Assembly: GCF_000315625.1 (NCBI RefSeq)
Contig: NW_005434622.1
Coordinates: 200,883-264,882 of the forward strand
Origin: Guillardia theta CCMP2712
Taxonomy: Eukaryota; Protista; Cryptophyta
Reading direction: 5' to 3'
Length of the DNA stretch: 64,000 bases
Part shown: one piece after another, positions 1 to 14,610 of the stretch
Layout of the letters: each line of letters opens with the position of its first letter
How positions within the stretch are numbered: position 1 is the first letter of the stretch
Translations under genes and position numbers: made by a program
The notes under the pieces: generated by a model
What the model was told of the DNA's origin: nothing
The model's database searches: none
Seen by the model: the letters and a program-made list of their open reading frames with translations, nothing else

Positions 1-51
1 CCCCACATCTCTCCTCGTTCAACGTTGTTCCTCCCTCACTTGACCTGCCAG

Positions 52-1740
52 GTGTCAATGGAAATGTATGGACGGCTACGTGCTGTCCCCCAGCGGCACA
101 TCGTGTCTCTCTCTTGCCAACGTGACAAGGACGTGCGCGTCGCTCACCCGCTGCGCGAGCTGCACGACCAATGCAGCGTGCGTTTGGTGCTCAAACCAGT
201 GCGTGCCGGGGGAGGTGAAGGAAGGAGCGAAACCTCGTGGTCGATGCTTGACTAGCCGACGAGCAGGCGAACTCTGCAGGGAATGGCTGCCCCTACGACG
301 GAGTGACGCTCTCTTCGAACTGTACATGCGACAAGAAGACTTGTCCATATGAGGTCATGGCCCTGCTGCTCCTGTTGCTGCTCCTGCTGCTGCTCCTGTT
401 GCTTCTCCTGCTGCTGCTGCTACTGCTGCTGCTGCTGCTGCTCATCTTCCTGCTCCTCCTCTTTCTCATACTCGCCACCTCTTCCTCCTCATGCTCCTGC
501 CATGCGCAGCAAATGTCATCAATTTCTCTCTTCTCGTTACCCTGACTCTCTCGGCAGTGCCAGTACTCTTCTTGCAGCTCTTGCGTTCAAGACAACTTCT
601 GCGGCTGGTGCTCGTCTGCCAGCAAGTGAGTTTCACTGTGGCTCCTGCTCCTCGCCCTCATCCTTGTTCTCTATGGGACCAGGTGCATGCCAGGTGACTA
701 CTTCGCTCCGAGCGCCGGCATGGGAGCTTGTCCACTCGGGTGGAACGTCGGCCCATATGCTACATGCCAGCAGAGCAACAACATATGGCTGGTCGGCATA
801 ATCTGCGCATCTGTAAGGAATTCTTCTTTCTCTCCCCCCCCTCCCCGCTCCTCCGCCCCCTCGTTCTTCTCCACCACCACCTCCTCTCCTCCTCCTCTCC
901 TCCACCACCTCCTCTCTTTCTCCTCCATTTCCTGCGGTGACTGGCTCGACAGACGAGCACAGCGCTCATCGTGATCTTGTGCATTCACTTCATCCTCCGC
1001 ATCCGAGCCGCCGCCAACCGGCGGCCCCGCACTATGATCTTCCAGTACGGCGATCAGTCGGGAGGTGTGACGGTGAGTTTTCCCTATCAAAGAGGAAAGG
1101 AAGAAGCAGCTGACCCTGTTCATCGCAGGCGCGGGAGCAAGTTCAACGCTTCCTTGACACCTTCCCTACGTTCAAGTTCGATGTGAGGAGCTGCTGACTC
1201 GCTGATCATGGTGACATGCTCATGACTTGCTCCTCGCAGGAGAACAAGCTTCCCCCGTCTTTCTCAGCTTCACGATCATCCGAGGCAGAAGGTCAGACAG
1301 AAGGTCAGACAGACGGCCAGGACGAGGAGGACAACCGACCGACATGCTCGATATGCCTTGGCAACTTCTTCACCGGAGAAGACTGTCGCATGCTGCCTTG
1401 CCTACACGTCTTTCACAAGAACTGCATCGACCAGTGGCTCTCGATGAGGTGAGCGAAGGAACTGAATTGCTCGATTGATTGTTCGGCTCACAGTCAAGAA
1501 TGCCCCTTGTGCAAACGCTCCGTCATCAGCACAGACGAAGACAACACAACCGTACCACATGCTGTTGCCTGCTCGCTGCTGCTGACGTCTCTTCAGGCCG
1601 CTCGAGCCAACGCCTTTCTTGTTCTCCAGCAGATGCACTCAAGAGGACCTGAGGGAGAACAGCAGCGACCGACGTCGTCGTCCTCGGCCGCCATGCGAGC
1701 GGAGGAAGGGAACGTGCAGGGAGTGGTGGAGTGCAGGTGA
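52..1740 (+). CDS. Type I membrane RING-H2 E3 ubiquitin ligase with Cys-rich PSI/plexin-like ectodomain (5' end lies outside the window; multi-exon)
   Basis: Exons encode [33 protein letters not shown] (PSI-like) and further Cys-rich segments. A TM segment [22 protein letters not shown] follows. The RING-H2 [34 protein letters not shown]|SQECPLCKR is split by a GT-AG intron at about 1449-1493. Confidence 0.85.
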
Positions 1741-2005
1741 GCTGGATGGTGCAAGAAGGAGAGGGGATGAAGAAACTGCAGGTATCAAGACGACAGCGAC
1801 GACGAATCAATCGATGTCGAAGTTTGAGCAAGAGGGGGTTGATCGAGATTTGTCAAGTGTTGTACAGTATGTGTTTTTCATACCCCCCTCCTCCTTGCAT
1901 TCATCACTCGATATCTCCACGTCCTCCATTTACCCTCCACTCTTTCCTCCTATCTCCTCTCCCGAAAGCATGTCGATTCCCTTCCTCGACCTTCCAACCC
2001 TCTCC

Positions 2006-3163
2006 TCAACTTCCGTTCACTGCCTGCTGCTTCGGCTTCGGCAGAGTGTGCAGGCCCGGCCCTTGTCCGTTGAAGAACTTCCCCTTCCATTCCCTCCCTG
2101 TGTCATCAACGAAAGTGCCTTGTCCGTGCATCCTGGTTGTATCGCTATCACCGCCTTTGCCAGCACCTCCAATCATCAACAACAACAGCTCAGAAAGATT
2201 ACATAAACATCGAACATCGCCCGCACTTCTAACTTTCACCCACAAACTTCGCATCGTCATCGTCATCGTCATCGAGACATGATTCAAGCTTTTCTCAGCT
2301 ATCAAACCTGTTCTTCTCCCAAGCTCCCATGTAGTATGCTCCTGTCGACCACTGATACTTCCCCTGACCATGGAACTCGTTGTCTACCCAGTCCCCCTGC
2401 AATGAAATCTCAGCAAAAGAGTAGCGAGGCAGGAGATGTAAGGAAGAGCACAAGACAAGACAAGAGAAGACAACAACATTACAGCGAAGAGAAGACAACA
2501 ACATTACAGCGAAGAGAAGACAACAACATTACAGCGAAGAGAAGACAACAACATTACAGCGAAGAGAAGACAACAACATTACAGCAAGCAACTTACATCA
2601 TACTTGCTTCCATCCATGAACTTGAACACCCCTGCACATACATTCCTCAACACCGCTATCGACTTCCCTCGGTTCTCACCGTGGCCATGCATCTTGTCTG
2701 CAACCCATTCTCCCTCGTAGATGTTGCCATCAAGCTTGTATATGCCAACTCCGTTCCTCACCATCACCTTTGTTGGCTCCGCTTCACCTTCTGTTTGCTC
2801 GTCCTTCATGATATACGATCCCTCTTTCAAATCTCAATCAGGTTGATCGAGTATTCATGATAGCAGCGAGGATCAAAATGCAGAACCGAATTTTTCATCA
2901 TATGAGATATGAGAGTTATCAATCACTCTAGTCTCTAGATCAACTCATCTAGTATCTTCTACCCTCCGCAGAGTCCACCTCCCTGTTTCCCCTTATACAC
3001 CAGTCTGCTTCCTTTGACATGTCAGACATATTATTTGCATAATGGTCTTGATAGCATCATGTTCACATATTACAAATAATCATAATTGTTTCAGCTCACC
3101 GTATCTTGCACCATTGTCGAACAGGAAGGCGCCATACTTTGCCGCCTCCGCTTCCTCCGCCAT
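2006..3163 (-). CDS. MORN-repeat protein (MORN2-like, small), multi-exon
   Basis: ATG at 3163 (MAEEAEAAKYGAFLFDNGARY). Exons encode successive MORN repeats: RNGVGIYKLDGNIYEGEWVADKMHGHG, FKFMDGSKYD, GDWVDNEFHGQGKYQWSTGAYYMGAWEKNR, MHGQGTFVDDTGREWKGKFFNG. Stop at 2006. Confidence 0.85.
2461..2585. repeat. Intronic minisatellite, 25-bp unit x5
   Basis: (GAAGAGAAGACAACAACATTACAGC)x5, head-to-tail with no spacers, inside a MORN-gene intron. Confidence 0.9.
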
Positions 3164-3344
3164 GTGCTCGATGTTCTTTCCTTTCGATGTTTCCTCAACC
3201 GTTGGGTTCTGTGCGGGGATGTGGGGCCCAGTCATACCGGGCCGGCCCGGACTCGGAGGCTCGGCGGCGGCGGCGGCGGGGCCCGGCGCAGGCCCAGCCA
3301 CAGTGTCACTGAACTTTGAGTAAAAGTGAAACTGACCTGACTTG

Positions 3345-3383
3345 TTTACTCAAAGTTAAGTTAAAAGTCAGTACGAGGACACT
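3345..3383 (+). repeat. Dispersed 39-bp repeat, copy 1 (inverted copy at 23723-23761)
   Basis: TTTACTCAAAGTTAAGTTAAAAGTCAGTACGAGGACACT matches the reverse complement of 23723-23761 with 1 mismatch. A partial copy lies at 3463-3483. Confidence 0.85.
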
Positions 3384-4260
3384 TAAATTGAGTAAAAGTG
3401 ACGGTGACTGAGTATGATACAAAAATGGAGCAGAGGATCCCGGTACTAGGGAGCTAGAAGACTACTCAAAGTTAAGTTAAAAAGACTACCACTACTGACT
3501 GAGGATCGGGGGGGGTACGCGGACTCACAAAAGCTGCTGGAAGTTGACAGGAGGGGTGGGTCCGATGGCTACATGGATGGGGTTGCAGTGTCCGACGATA
3601 GTAGAGGTAGGGGTTATCTCCTAAGTTGAAATGGAAGGCTGGGAGTATGAGGGTGGGGTACTGAGTTACCGTCACAGCCTCTCTCACCGTACAGGGCCAT
3701 CTTAATGCTGGGTGGTTTGTGGGAAATGCAGGGGTACTATAGTTAATATTCATTCCCCACACCCTACCCACCCTACCCTAACGTCCGTATCCTTTCCCAT
3801 CACGGACCCTTGAGTTCAAGTCGGTTGCCAAGGCTGAGTAATATATTGCGACAACTTGATAACAAGGGGTGGGGTACTTTGATGACCCTCTACTCTCAAA
3901 GAGGGATTTGAAATATGAAAAGTAGGGGTACGATCAGGAAATCTTTGCTTTGCAGGTGAGCCTGCTGTCTGTCGGTAGGGTGGGGTGGTGGTGGTGGTCT
4001 AGGACCGACTCCCCGAGCGCTTCAAGTTTGCGAAAGTAGACCGACGGCACTCAAGGTAGCAACTTCTGGTGAGAAAGGGTGGGGTTCTAGCCACGAAAAT
4101 GAGGGGTAGGTGGTGAGTTTTAAAACCTGCTCATTGTAAGGGTCAATTTGTAGAGGATAGGAATTGGTAGGACCCTGGGTCCTAGCCAATTACGGACATA
4201 AGATTGTAGCAGGGAGTGTGAGCCCCACCGTCCCAGTCGGGCAGCAGAGGCGAGCGAACA

Positions 4261-4986
4261 ATGCCACGACCAAGAGGATCCAAGGAGGCAAGGATGTTGG
4301 CGATAGACTTCGCCGACATGGTGACCACCGAGGATCGATCGGCACCTTCTGACCTCATCGCCCGGCATGGCATCTACGGCATCTTTCAGGCCATGCGATC
4401 TTGTGTCCCGGGAGCTACCAGAAGCCTCGACGATCGATTGACCAATCGGAAGGCGATATCAGAAGCGGAGATGCTGAGAGAGCTAGAGCAGACGGGAAGG
4501 TACGAGCGATTCAGGAGCAGGAAGGCAGTTCGGCGATCTATGGACCCTTCAGGTGCTGGCATGTGTATGTTCAAGGGGAGAAGATGGCGAAATCCGGAGG
4601 TCGAATCGGACTTGCGGTATCTGGAGATGAGGCACCGGCAGATGTGCAGCATGTACGACATCTACAACGAAAACACGTCCTTCGACAAGATTATGGCGAT
4701 ACTCAAGGAAGTCCGGGTAGGATGGGAGGTCTACCTCTCAGGAAGTGGGGACTTCCTCGCTCAGCAGTGGGAGGAGAACTGCAGGAAGGAATCGATCTTG
4801 CCGTGCATCCCTGGCCCTGAATGTGACCTGTCTCTGGGCAAAAGGAAGGCTGCGGATGTTGAGGCTTCAAGCCAGGATGAAGACTGCTCGCTACAGAGCT
4901 GTTTCGACCACGACTTTCTCAAGGAGTTCGAACTGAGCACTGCAAGCTTCGACGAGTACCTCAATGTCCTGATCGAGTGCACATGA
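4261..4986 (+). CDS. Hypothetical protein, 241 aa, intronless
   Basis: Single ATG-initiated ORF of normal complexity, with a basic central region (YERFRSRKAVRRSMDPSGAG..FKGRRWRNP) and an acidic C-terminus. No family recognised. Confidence 0.7.
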   Translation: MPRPRGSKEARMLAIDFADMVTTEDRSAPSDLIARHGIYGIFQAMRSCVPGATRSLDDRLTNRKAISEAEMLRELEQTGRYERFRSRKAVRRSMDPSGAGMCMFKGRRWRNPEVESDLRYLEMRHRQMCSMYDIYNENTSFDKIMAILKEVRVGWEVYLSGSGDFLAQQWEENCRKESILPCIPGPECDLSLGKRKAADVEASSQDEDCSLQSCFDHDFLKEFELSTASFDEYLNVLIECT

Positions 4987-5350
4987 TGGAGGCAGTCAGG
5001 AGTAGAGTGTTTTTCCCTTCCTCAAGACATTCAAGCTCTTAGATTCCATCGAAAAGTCTATCTACACACTTTGTTTCTCCATCCAGTGGGGCATGTTTTT
5101 GAAAGCCAAGTTTGCGTGAACACTGGCTCCCATTCAACAACAATCCACTAACTTCCGCCACCTCCAAGGCTCCATGATTAGATTGTGAACACGTGAATCG
5201 AAACGTATAATAGGAATAAATATTATTTGGCAAACGTGAGTTGTCGCCTTTCTGCATGATCCAGATATTGAGTTGTGAATTCAAGACAGAAGCAAGATTC
5301 TTTCACCTTGCCTGTTTTTCTTTGCCAAGAACACACTCATTCATGTGATT

Positions 5351-6512
5351 CTACATAGCACCACATTCCTTCAGCAGCTTCTCCAGCTCCCCTACGTTGA
5401 TCACCATCACTGGGAACACTGAAAGTGCGACATGCCATACCGGACTTGGACTTGGCCACAACATCGTCACCACCTCCGACGAACTGAGACCAGGTCAGTT
5501 CCAACACGTGCATGCACATTGCTCTACCTTTCCTCCAACGAACACCCTTGGAACGGATCGACCACCAGTGAGAATGTTCAAAGTGTCCTGTAAACGAATT
5601 TGTCTCACATCAAAGAAGCCGCTCGATTCATCGCAGGATCTCTCAAGTATTTCATGCGTTCGGCATCATCATTCTGATAGCAATCGAGTGAAACCTGGAT
5701 GTCGGCTCCGTTGTCGACAACATCCAGCTCCATGGCTTCATACTTCACTCCCATGTCGTTGAACGTAGACTTGGCCTGTGCGCAATCGGAGAAAATCACA
5801 AGCAACGAAGGAGAAAGACGGCAAATATCAAAAGAAGAGAGCGTTTGTAAGATGTTTCGTTTGACACACGCACGGCAAACTGAAGATTAGATTCGCACCT
5901 TTGCACAATATGGGCAGTAGGACTTGGAGAAGATCATGACTTTGTGACTGACCCAAGAGCTCATCGAGAGATACACGGAGAAATCATCGAGTCTCACCCC
6001 TCCACCTTCGACTTCACCATGTCTGCAAACTTTGACGACGCATCGGCACCCCCGTGGGCCCAGCGATACTGGGGATGCTCCAGATTGGCCTTTGGCATGA
6101 AGTGTGCCTGACTGCTGGGACTAGATCTCATCCACGTGGCCGCAAGTGCCGACATCTGTCTTCCTGCAGAAGCAGCTTGACCGAGAGAGAAGCACCTGCG
6201 AACGATGCGACTTCAGGCTGGAGGACTGGAGGAGAAGTCCGGGAATGCAAGAGGGCACGATACTGTGATTTATCATGGATGTGAGATCAGAGGAGCATGG
6301 AATGGAGACAAGTAGAGAGAGGGTGTTATTGAAAGGGTATGAAATGTGAATAGACACAATTAAAACAGCACAGGAGTAGCATATGGAGAGATCGCACATG
6401 TTTGAGGGAGTTTTGAGGTGAGGAGATATCTTAACAACATACAATGGAGGATTCTGATAACATTAGATCATAATACAGCAGGATTATAAGGAAACGAGAT
6501 AGGTTGGTTCTC

Positions 6513-6598
<86 letters not shown>

Positions 6599-6739
6599 GA
6601 GACCATGGACGGGTGGAATTCGAGCTGAGCAGCGGAGCAGCGGAGAGACGATGTCCCTGAAGGATGGAAGAACAGGAGAGGAAGCGCGAAGCAGAGTATG
6701 ACATCGATCGAACAGATCTTGAAGCCTCCGCATGTCCAT
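5351..6739 (-). CDS. GRX: Dithiol glutaredoxin (CPYC type) with N-terminal extension, possibly an organellar targeting peptide
   Basis: Spliced exons: HKVMIFSKSYCPYCAK | AKSTFNDMGVKYEAMELDVVDNGADIQ | DTLNILTGGRSVPRVFVGGK | FVGGGDDVVAKSKSG | ELEKLLKECGAM* (TAG at 5353-5351). The 5' exons and start (about 6733-6770) are uncertain. Confidence 0.9.
6514..6597. repeat. (GAT)n microsatellite, intronic
   Basis: Perfect GAT run of about 28 units. Confidence 0.95.
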
Positions 6740-7039
6740 CTCATGTTCGTCCTCAACTTCTTCTTCAGCATATCGCCGACCTCACCTCCTAGCAGCAAGC
6801 ATTGTCCCCTTTGCAAGTCGATCCCAGCGAAGGGGTGGTCTGTTTCCTGGTGGTAAAAAGTAGGGGTAGAGCAGTGGTAAATGTGGGGTAGTAAAATCTC
6901 CTTTAGGGATTTGTGGAGGTGGGGTGGGTGGTGAAGGAATCCAGGAAAAGGGGAGGGGATGTGGTCCCCAGATGTGGCCCCCTGAAACTGCACATGCGGA
7001 TGCAGGGTATGCCGCAGGCAGAGGATGATGGAGGAGGGG

Positions 7040-7335
7040 AGGATGAAGGAGAGAGATGAAGGAGAGAAATGAAGGAGAGAAATGAAGGAGAGAAATGAAG
7101 GAGAGAGATGAGAGGGACTAGGATGAAGGAGAGAGATGAGAGGGACTAGGATGAAGGAGAGAGGATGAAGGAGAGGAGCATGAAGGAGAGAGATAAAGGA
7201 GAGAGATGAAGGAGAGAGATGAAGGAGAGAGATGAAGGAGAGAGATGAAGGAGAGAGATGAAGGAGAGAGATGAAGGAGAGAGATGAAGGAGAGAGATGA
7301 AGGAGAGAGATGAGAGGGACTAGGATGAAGGAGAG
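7040..7335. repeat. 13-bp purine-rich minisatellite (GAAGGAGAGAGAT)n
   Basis: Tandem GAAGGAGAGAGAT/GAAGGAGAGAAAT units interleaved with GAGAGGGACTAGGAT, lying between divergent genes. Confidence 0.9.
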
Positions 7336-7509
7336 AGAGTACGATGAAAGAAAGGAGGGAGAGAGGGATAGAAGGCAAAGGAGGGATGAAGGGGATACAT
7401 AAGACACGGAAGGAAGGAGGGTCAGATGTCCATGGAGGGTCAAAGCATAGATTAACCTTTGTGACATCGAGCCTCTGATGAGTGATAATTGCAGGCCACG
7501 AGCAGGGAG

Positions 7510-10182
7510 ATGTCAACATCGTCCTCTCTTTCAAACTTCCTCCTTCTCACTCTCGTGCTGAGCCTGTTGCTTCTGTGCCACTCTTATCAGCTCCAGCCAT
7601 CCACGGCTCTTGCCCGTTTTCAACCGACTCTCCGATGTGGCAGGACGAGCCATGCAGAGGTCAGATCGAGAAGCTCCTTGCTGGTGTGCGGAAGTCTACG
7701 AATGCTGAGCTGGGGCGATGAGGACCGACCGGATCGGAGGAAGTTCGAGGGCGGAGACTTTGATCGCAGATCTTTCGGAAGGGGTGAAGAGAGAAGCTTT
7801 GGTGGCAGAAGAGACGGAGGAGGGGAAAGGATCTCGGGAGGCTGGAGAGATGGAGGAGAGGAGAGGAGGTTTGGGGGTAGGAGAGGAGGAGAGGAGAGGA
7901 GTTCGGGAGGCTGGAGAGATGGAGGAGAGGAGAGGAGGTTCGGAGGTAGGAGAGGAGGAGAGGAGAGGAGTTCGAGAGGCTGGAGAGACGGGGGAGAGGA
8001 GAGGAGGTTTGAGGGCAGGAGAGGAGGAGAGGACAGGGCGTTCGGAGGAAGGGGAGGGGAGGAGAGGAGGTTTGGGGGAAGAAGAGGAGAAGAGAGGACG
8101 TTTGGAGGCAGAAGAGAAGGAGACGACGACAGGATGCGATCAAGGAGCAGCTCCTTTCCACCCGCCAGGAGCAGGGAGGAACCTAGAAACGACCGCCTGC
8201 CAGAGTGGAGGAGAGGAGACTCAGGGGAGAGGGAGGTCGATGAGGAAGCTGTCATGGAGCTGCTTGCGCGGAGGGATCGGGCGAGGAGGAACAAGGACTT
8301 CGAGGTGGCGGATGCAATCAGGGACGATCTGCTGCTCGAGTTGAACGTGCACGTTGACGACAAGGAGCGAGCATGGTGGCCGGATGGGACGATGCCCGAG
8401 TTCCTGGCGAATGCAAAGGCAGAAGGAGGAAGGGGAAGGGCAAAGATGGAGACGTTCGGATGGGTGAGGGGGGAGCCAAAGAACATTCCCTTGGACGAAA
8501 TGTTGATCTATCAGCTCCTGAGCCGACGAGAGATCGCGAGAAGGTGCAAGGAGGGGAGGGATGTGAGGTGGTGAGAAGAGAGGAAAAGGAAAAGGAAAAG
8601 GAGAAGGAGAGGATGTTGTGGAGGAGAGGGGAAAGGTCGTGGAGGAGTGAGGAGTAAGAGAGAAGAAGCGAAAATGGTTGAAAGGGAGGGGAGTGCGAAC
8701 AGTGAGTGATAGGAGGGAGGCATGAAAGGAAAAGTTTGGAAAGCAAGATTAAGGAGGCATGAAAGGAAAAGTTTGGAAAGCAAGATTAAGGATGAGGGAG
8801 GAGGAGCAGGGAAATGACTGTGAGGAAGAAAATTGACTTCGACCCCAGAAATCGAGAGTTTGACCTTGCGGACGACCTGATGGATCAACTGCGAAGGGTG
8901 AGTAATTTACAAATATTTGCTTTCCTTCCCTTCGCTGAATTCCCCCCCCTCCCCTTCAAACGCCCCCTGCACCCATTCCTCTGCTTCTGCTTTTCCTTGC
9001 CGAATTTCCCTTCCCTTTCTTTGCCTGCACTCTCGCTGCTCCATCTCTGATTCCCTCCCGAAGTCTGGCGTCTCGTTCTGCGACGACAACTCCAAGGTCT
9101 GGTACGCGAGCTCAGCAGACGACAAGATATCAGCGAGGAGAACTGGGGACTGGGACTGCGAGAAGTGCGGAGCTCTTGTGTATGGCTCCAAGGACGTCTG
9201 CTTCCGCTGTGGCAACCCGCGAACCATGGTAGTGATGCTCGGTGCTGACTTGGGCGTACCTCTGACTTGGGAAGGAGCAGAGCTTCGGAGAGGACAGCGG
9301 GATTTCGAGGAGGCAGGAGTCGGCGAGCCCCGTCAAGGATCGGAAGCCGGCGTACAAGAGGAGGTGGAGCAGCAGTATGTGCTGGCTCTTGCTTGACAAT
9401 TGTGATGAAGGGAAGGAGACGATGCCCAAGTCGACGAGGAAGAGGTCGAGGAGCTGATTCAAGTCAGAGAGAAGGTCCCCCTCACCCCTCTCCTCCTGCC
9501 CTCCGCTCTCCTCCGCTCTGCCTCCCTCTCCTCCCCCTCCTTCCTCGCCCTCCTCCCCTCCCTCCTCTCCTTCCTTCTTGATTTGCTTCCTCCCCGCCTC
9601 CTTCTGCTTTCCCATCGTCGATCTTATTTATGGTCCCCTACGTCTTTCCTCTTTGATCGCTATCTCCCCGGGGGAGAGGAACTCGCAAGGACGCGACATG
9701 ATCGACGTGGCGCAGGCGCGGAGGTTCCGAAAGTTCAGAGAGGCCGATGAGATCCGACAGGAGCTGATGGACATGGGAGTCGCCATTGACGATCAGGAGA
9801 GAGTCTGGTGGGTCGATGGCAGGTGAGACTTGACTCCTCCTTGGCCGCTCCCTGGCCGCTTCCTCCGAGTCCCTTGACCCCAATGCTCACCTTCCTTCCT
9901 CCTCGTCGATCTCCCTGTTCTCCCACGACTCCTCCCTCCCCTCCCTCCCCTCCCTCCCCTCTCGTTCAGGTCAACCCAACTTGCTTCCTACTCGTGACCT
10001 CCTCCCCTGCAGGCAACGCAACGACCGAGGAGGAGGAAGGAGGGACGGCAACAGAAGAGGACGGAGCAGGCGGTGAGACGAACGTTTGTCTCCTAGCGCG
10101 GCATGTGACCTCCTTGATCAGCAGCGAGGACGGACGGGGAGACTTCGGCGACTACAGCAGGGAGGATCTGGGATGGGATTGA
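7510..10182 (+). CDS. Putative plastid-targeted RNA-binding protein: signal+transit peptide, RGG repeats, 3 CysRS-anticodon-domain-like repeats, RanBP2-type Zn finger
   Basis: N-terminus MSTSSSLSNFLLLTLVLSLLLLCHS-YQ, then GGWRDGGEERRFGGRRGGEERS repeats. The three repeats are LLARRDRARRNKDFEVADAIRDDL..VHVDDKERAWW, LLSRREIARR..REFDLADDLMDQLRRSGVSFCDDNSKVW and LIQVREKARRFRKFREADEIRQELMDMGVAIDDQERVWW. ZnF: GDWDCEKCGALVYGSKDVCFRCG. Stop at 10180-10182. Confidence 0.8.
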
Positions 10183-10609
10183 GGAGGCCAATCGGGCGAC
10201 GTGACTCGCGAGGAGGCCCTGAGGAGGAGGTGACCATGATTGCTAATGGCGGCGGTAACACCTGAGACGACTGAGTGAAGGCTTTCATGTTTCAAAATTT
10301 CAAACTGTGCCACCGTGACTCCTCAAAGCCCACCGTTGTCACTCAGCACTGTACTGTACCTGGTCGATATAGAGGCACTCAGCCGGGCGGCCGGACTCGA
10401 ACCGTGCTGAGCGCGTCGCCGGCTGACCGGACCGCCGACCAGCCTGAGCCCGGCGGCCCGGCGGCCCTCCGAGCCGCACGTTGCGGAGACCCTGGCGGCG
10501 GCCCGGCAGTCTCTGTGACAGTTGCACTGAGTTTGCACGGCCCGGCTAAAAAAACGCCCGGGATGGTCAAAATTCCCCTCAGACATCTCTTGGCATTTGT
10601 GTAAGGTCT

Positions 10610-10745
10610 ATAGTGAATATCTTTTCCTCATTCTCGTTCATAGTCAAATATCTCGTAGCAAAATTCATTAATATAGTCAATATTTGCTGATGTTGGGTCC
10701 CATAGTCAATGTATAATGTTTATAGTCAACATCTCAATAGTCAAT
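10610..10745. promoter_or_regulatory. Cluster of ATAGTCAA (reverse complement TTGACTAT) motifs in AT-rich intergenic DNA
   Basis: ATAGTCAA at about 10640, 10673, 10702, 10722 and 10737, plus variant ATAGTGAA at about 10610. Regulatory function is inferred only. Confidence 0.35.
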
Positions 10746-11482
10746 CTCAAATCGGTTCCCCGGCGAGGTATGACTGAGAACCGGGACAAGGAGGAGGAGG
10801 AGGAGGAGGAGGAGGAGGAGGAGGAGGAGAAGAAGAAGAAGAAGAGGGAGGAGGGAACAGAGATTCCTAGGAGGAGGGAGAAGAACTAGTCACAAGAAGG
10901 CAGGGAGGAGGCTGGGGAGGCCAGGAAACTAGAAGGGGAAAGAGGTTTCAGCATAGTCGATGCGGTTATAGCGAGAGGGAAAAGTTTGTGGACGAGCACA
11001 AAACCTGAGGCAGCAATTTACGAGGGTACATCAAAGAAGCTCGCTGGCACGAATTCTAGAGGTAGTTTGTCAACAGCAACAGACCTGGTCGACGTTGAGA
11101 GTCACGTCTGGTGGTTTGGAAGTTGGAGGCTAGTACCCCTAGTTGGAGGCTAGTACCCCTTTTCTTTCCTTCGATAGTCACGGGAAGAGAAAGAGGAATC
11201 TCCAGCAGAAGCAGCATGCGCTGATCTTCCTCCTCCCTCACGGTTTTCTCCCTTGTCAGGCTCCTTCGAACTACCGGATAGCCTCCGATGAGAATTTTGT
11301 GAAGATTTGAGGTACTATGCGTGGCGTTGCTCACAAGGCGTCGCCTCTGACCATGGCAGCGCGTCGACGTTTAGCTGCCTGCCGTCGTTGGTGTCTTCTC
11401 CTCCTTGCCATGGGTTGCGGGGCTTCGAAGGCGGATGTAGGGAGGCGGGTCTGAGATTGAGCTCGTTCTTACCCCTTGACAG

Positions 11483-14610
<3,128 letters not shown>

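Noticed and set aside
293-545. Poly-Leu/Ser/Cys ORFs here and at 6431-7534, 12000-12254, 13650-13979, 27775-28066, 51927-52549 and 55641-56387
   Set aside because: They are translations of intronic or intergenic microsatellites, not proteins.
2461-2585. CRISPR-like 25-bp repeats
   Set aside because: The units are directly adjacent with no unique spacers, lie in an intron of a eukaryotic gene, and no cas genes are present.
7489-10182. Cysteinyl-tRNA synthetase
   Set aside because: No HIGH/KMSKS catalytic domain; only C-terminal-like repeats are present.
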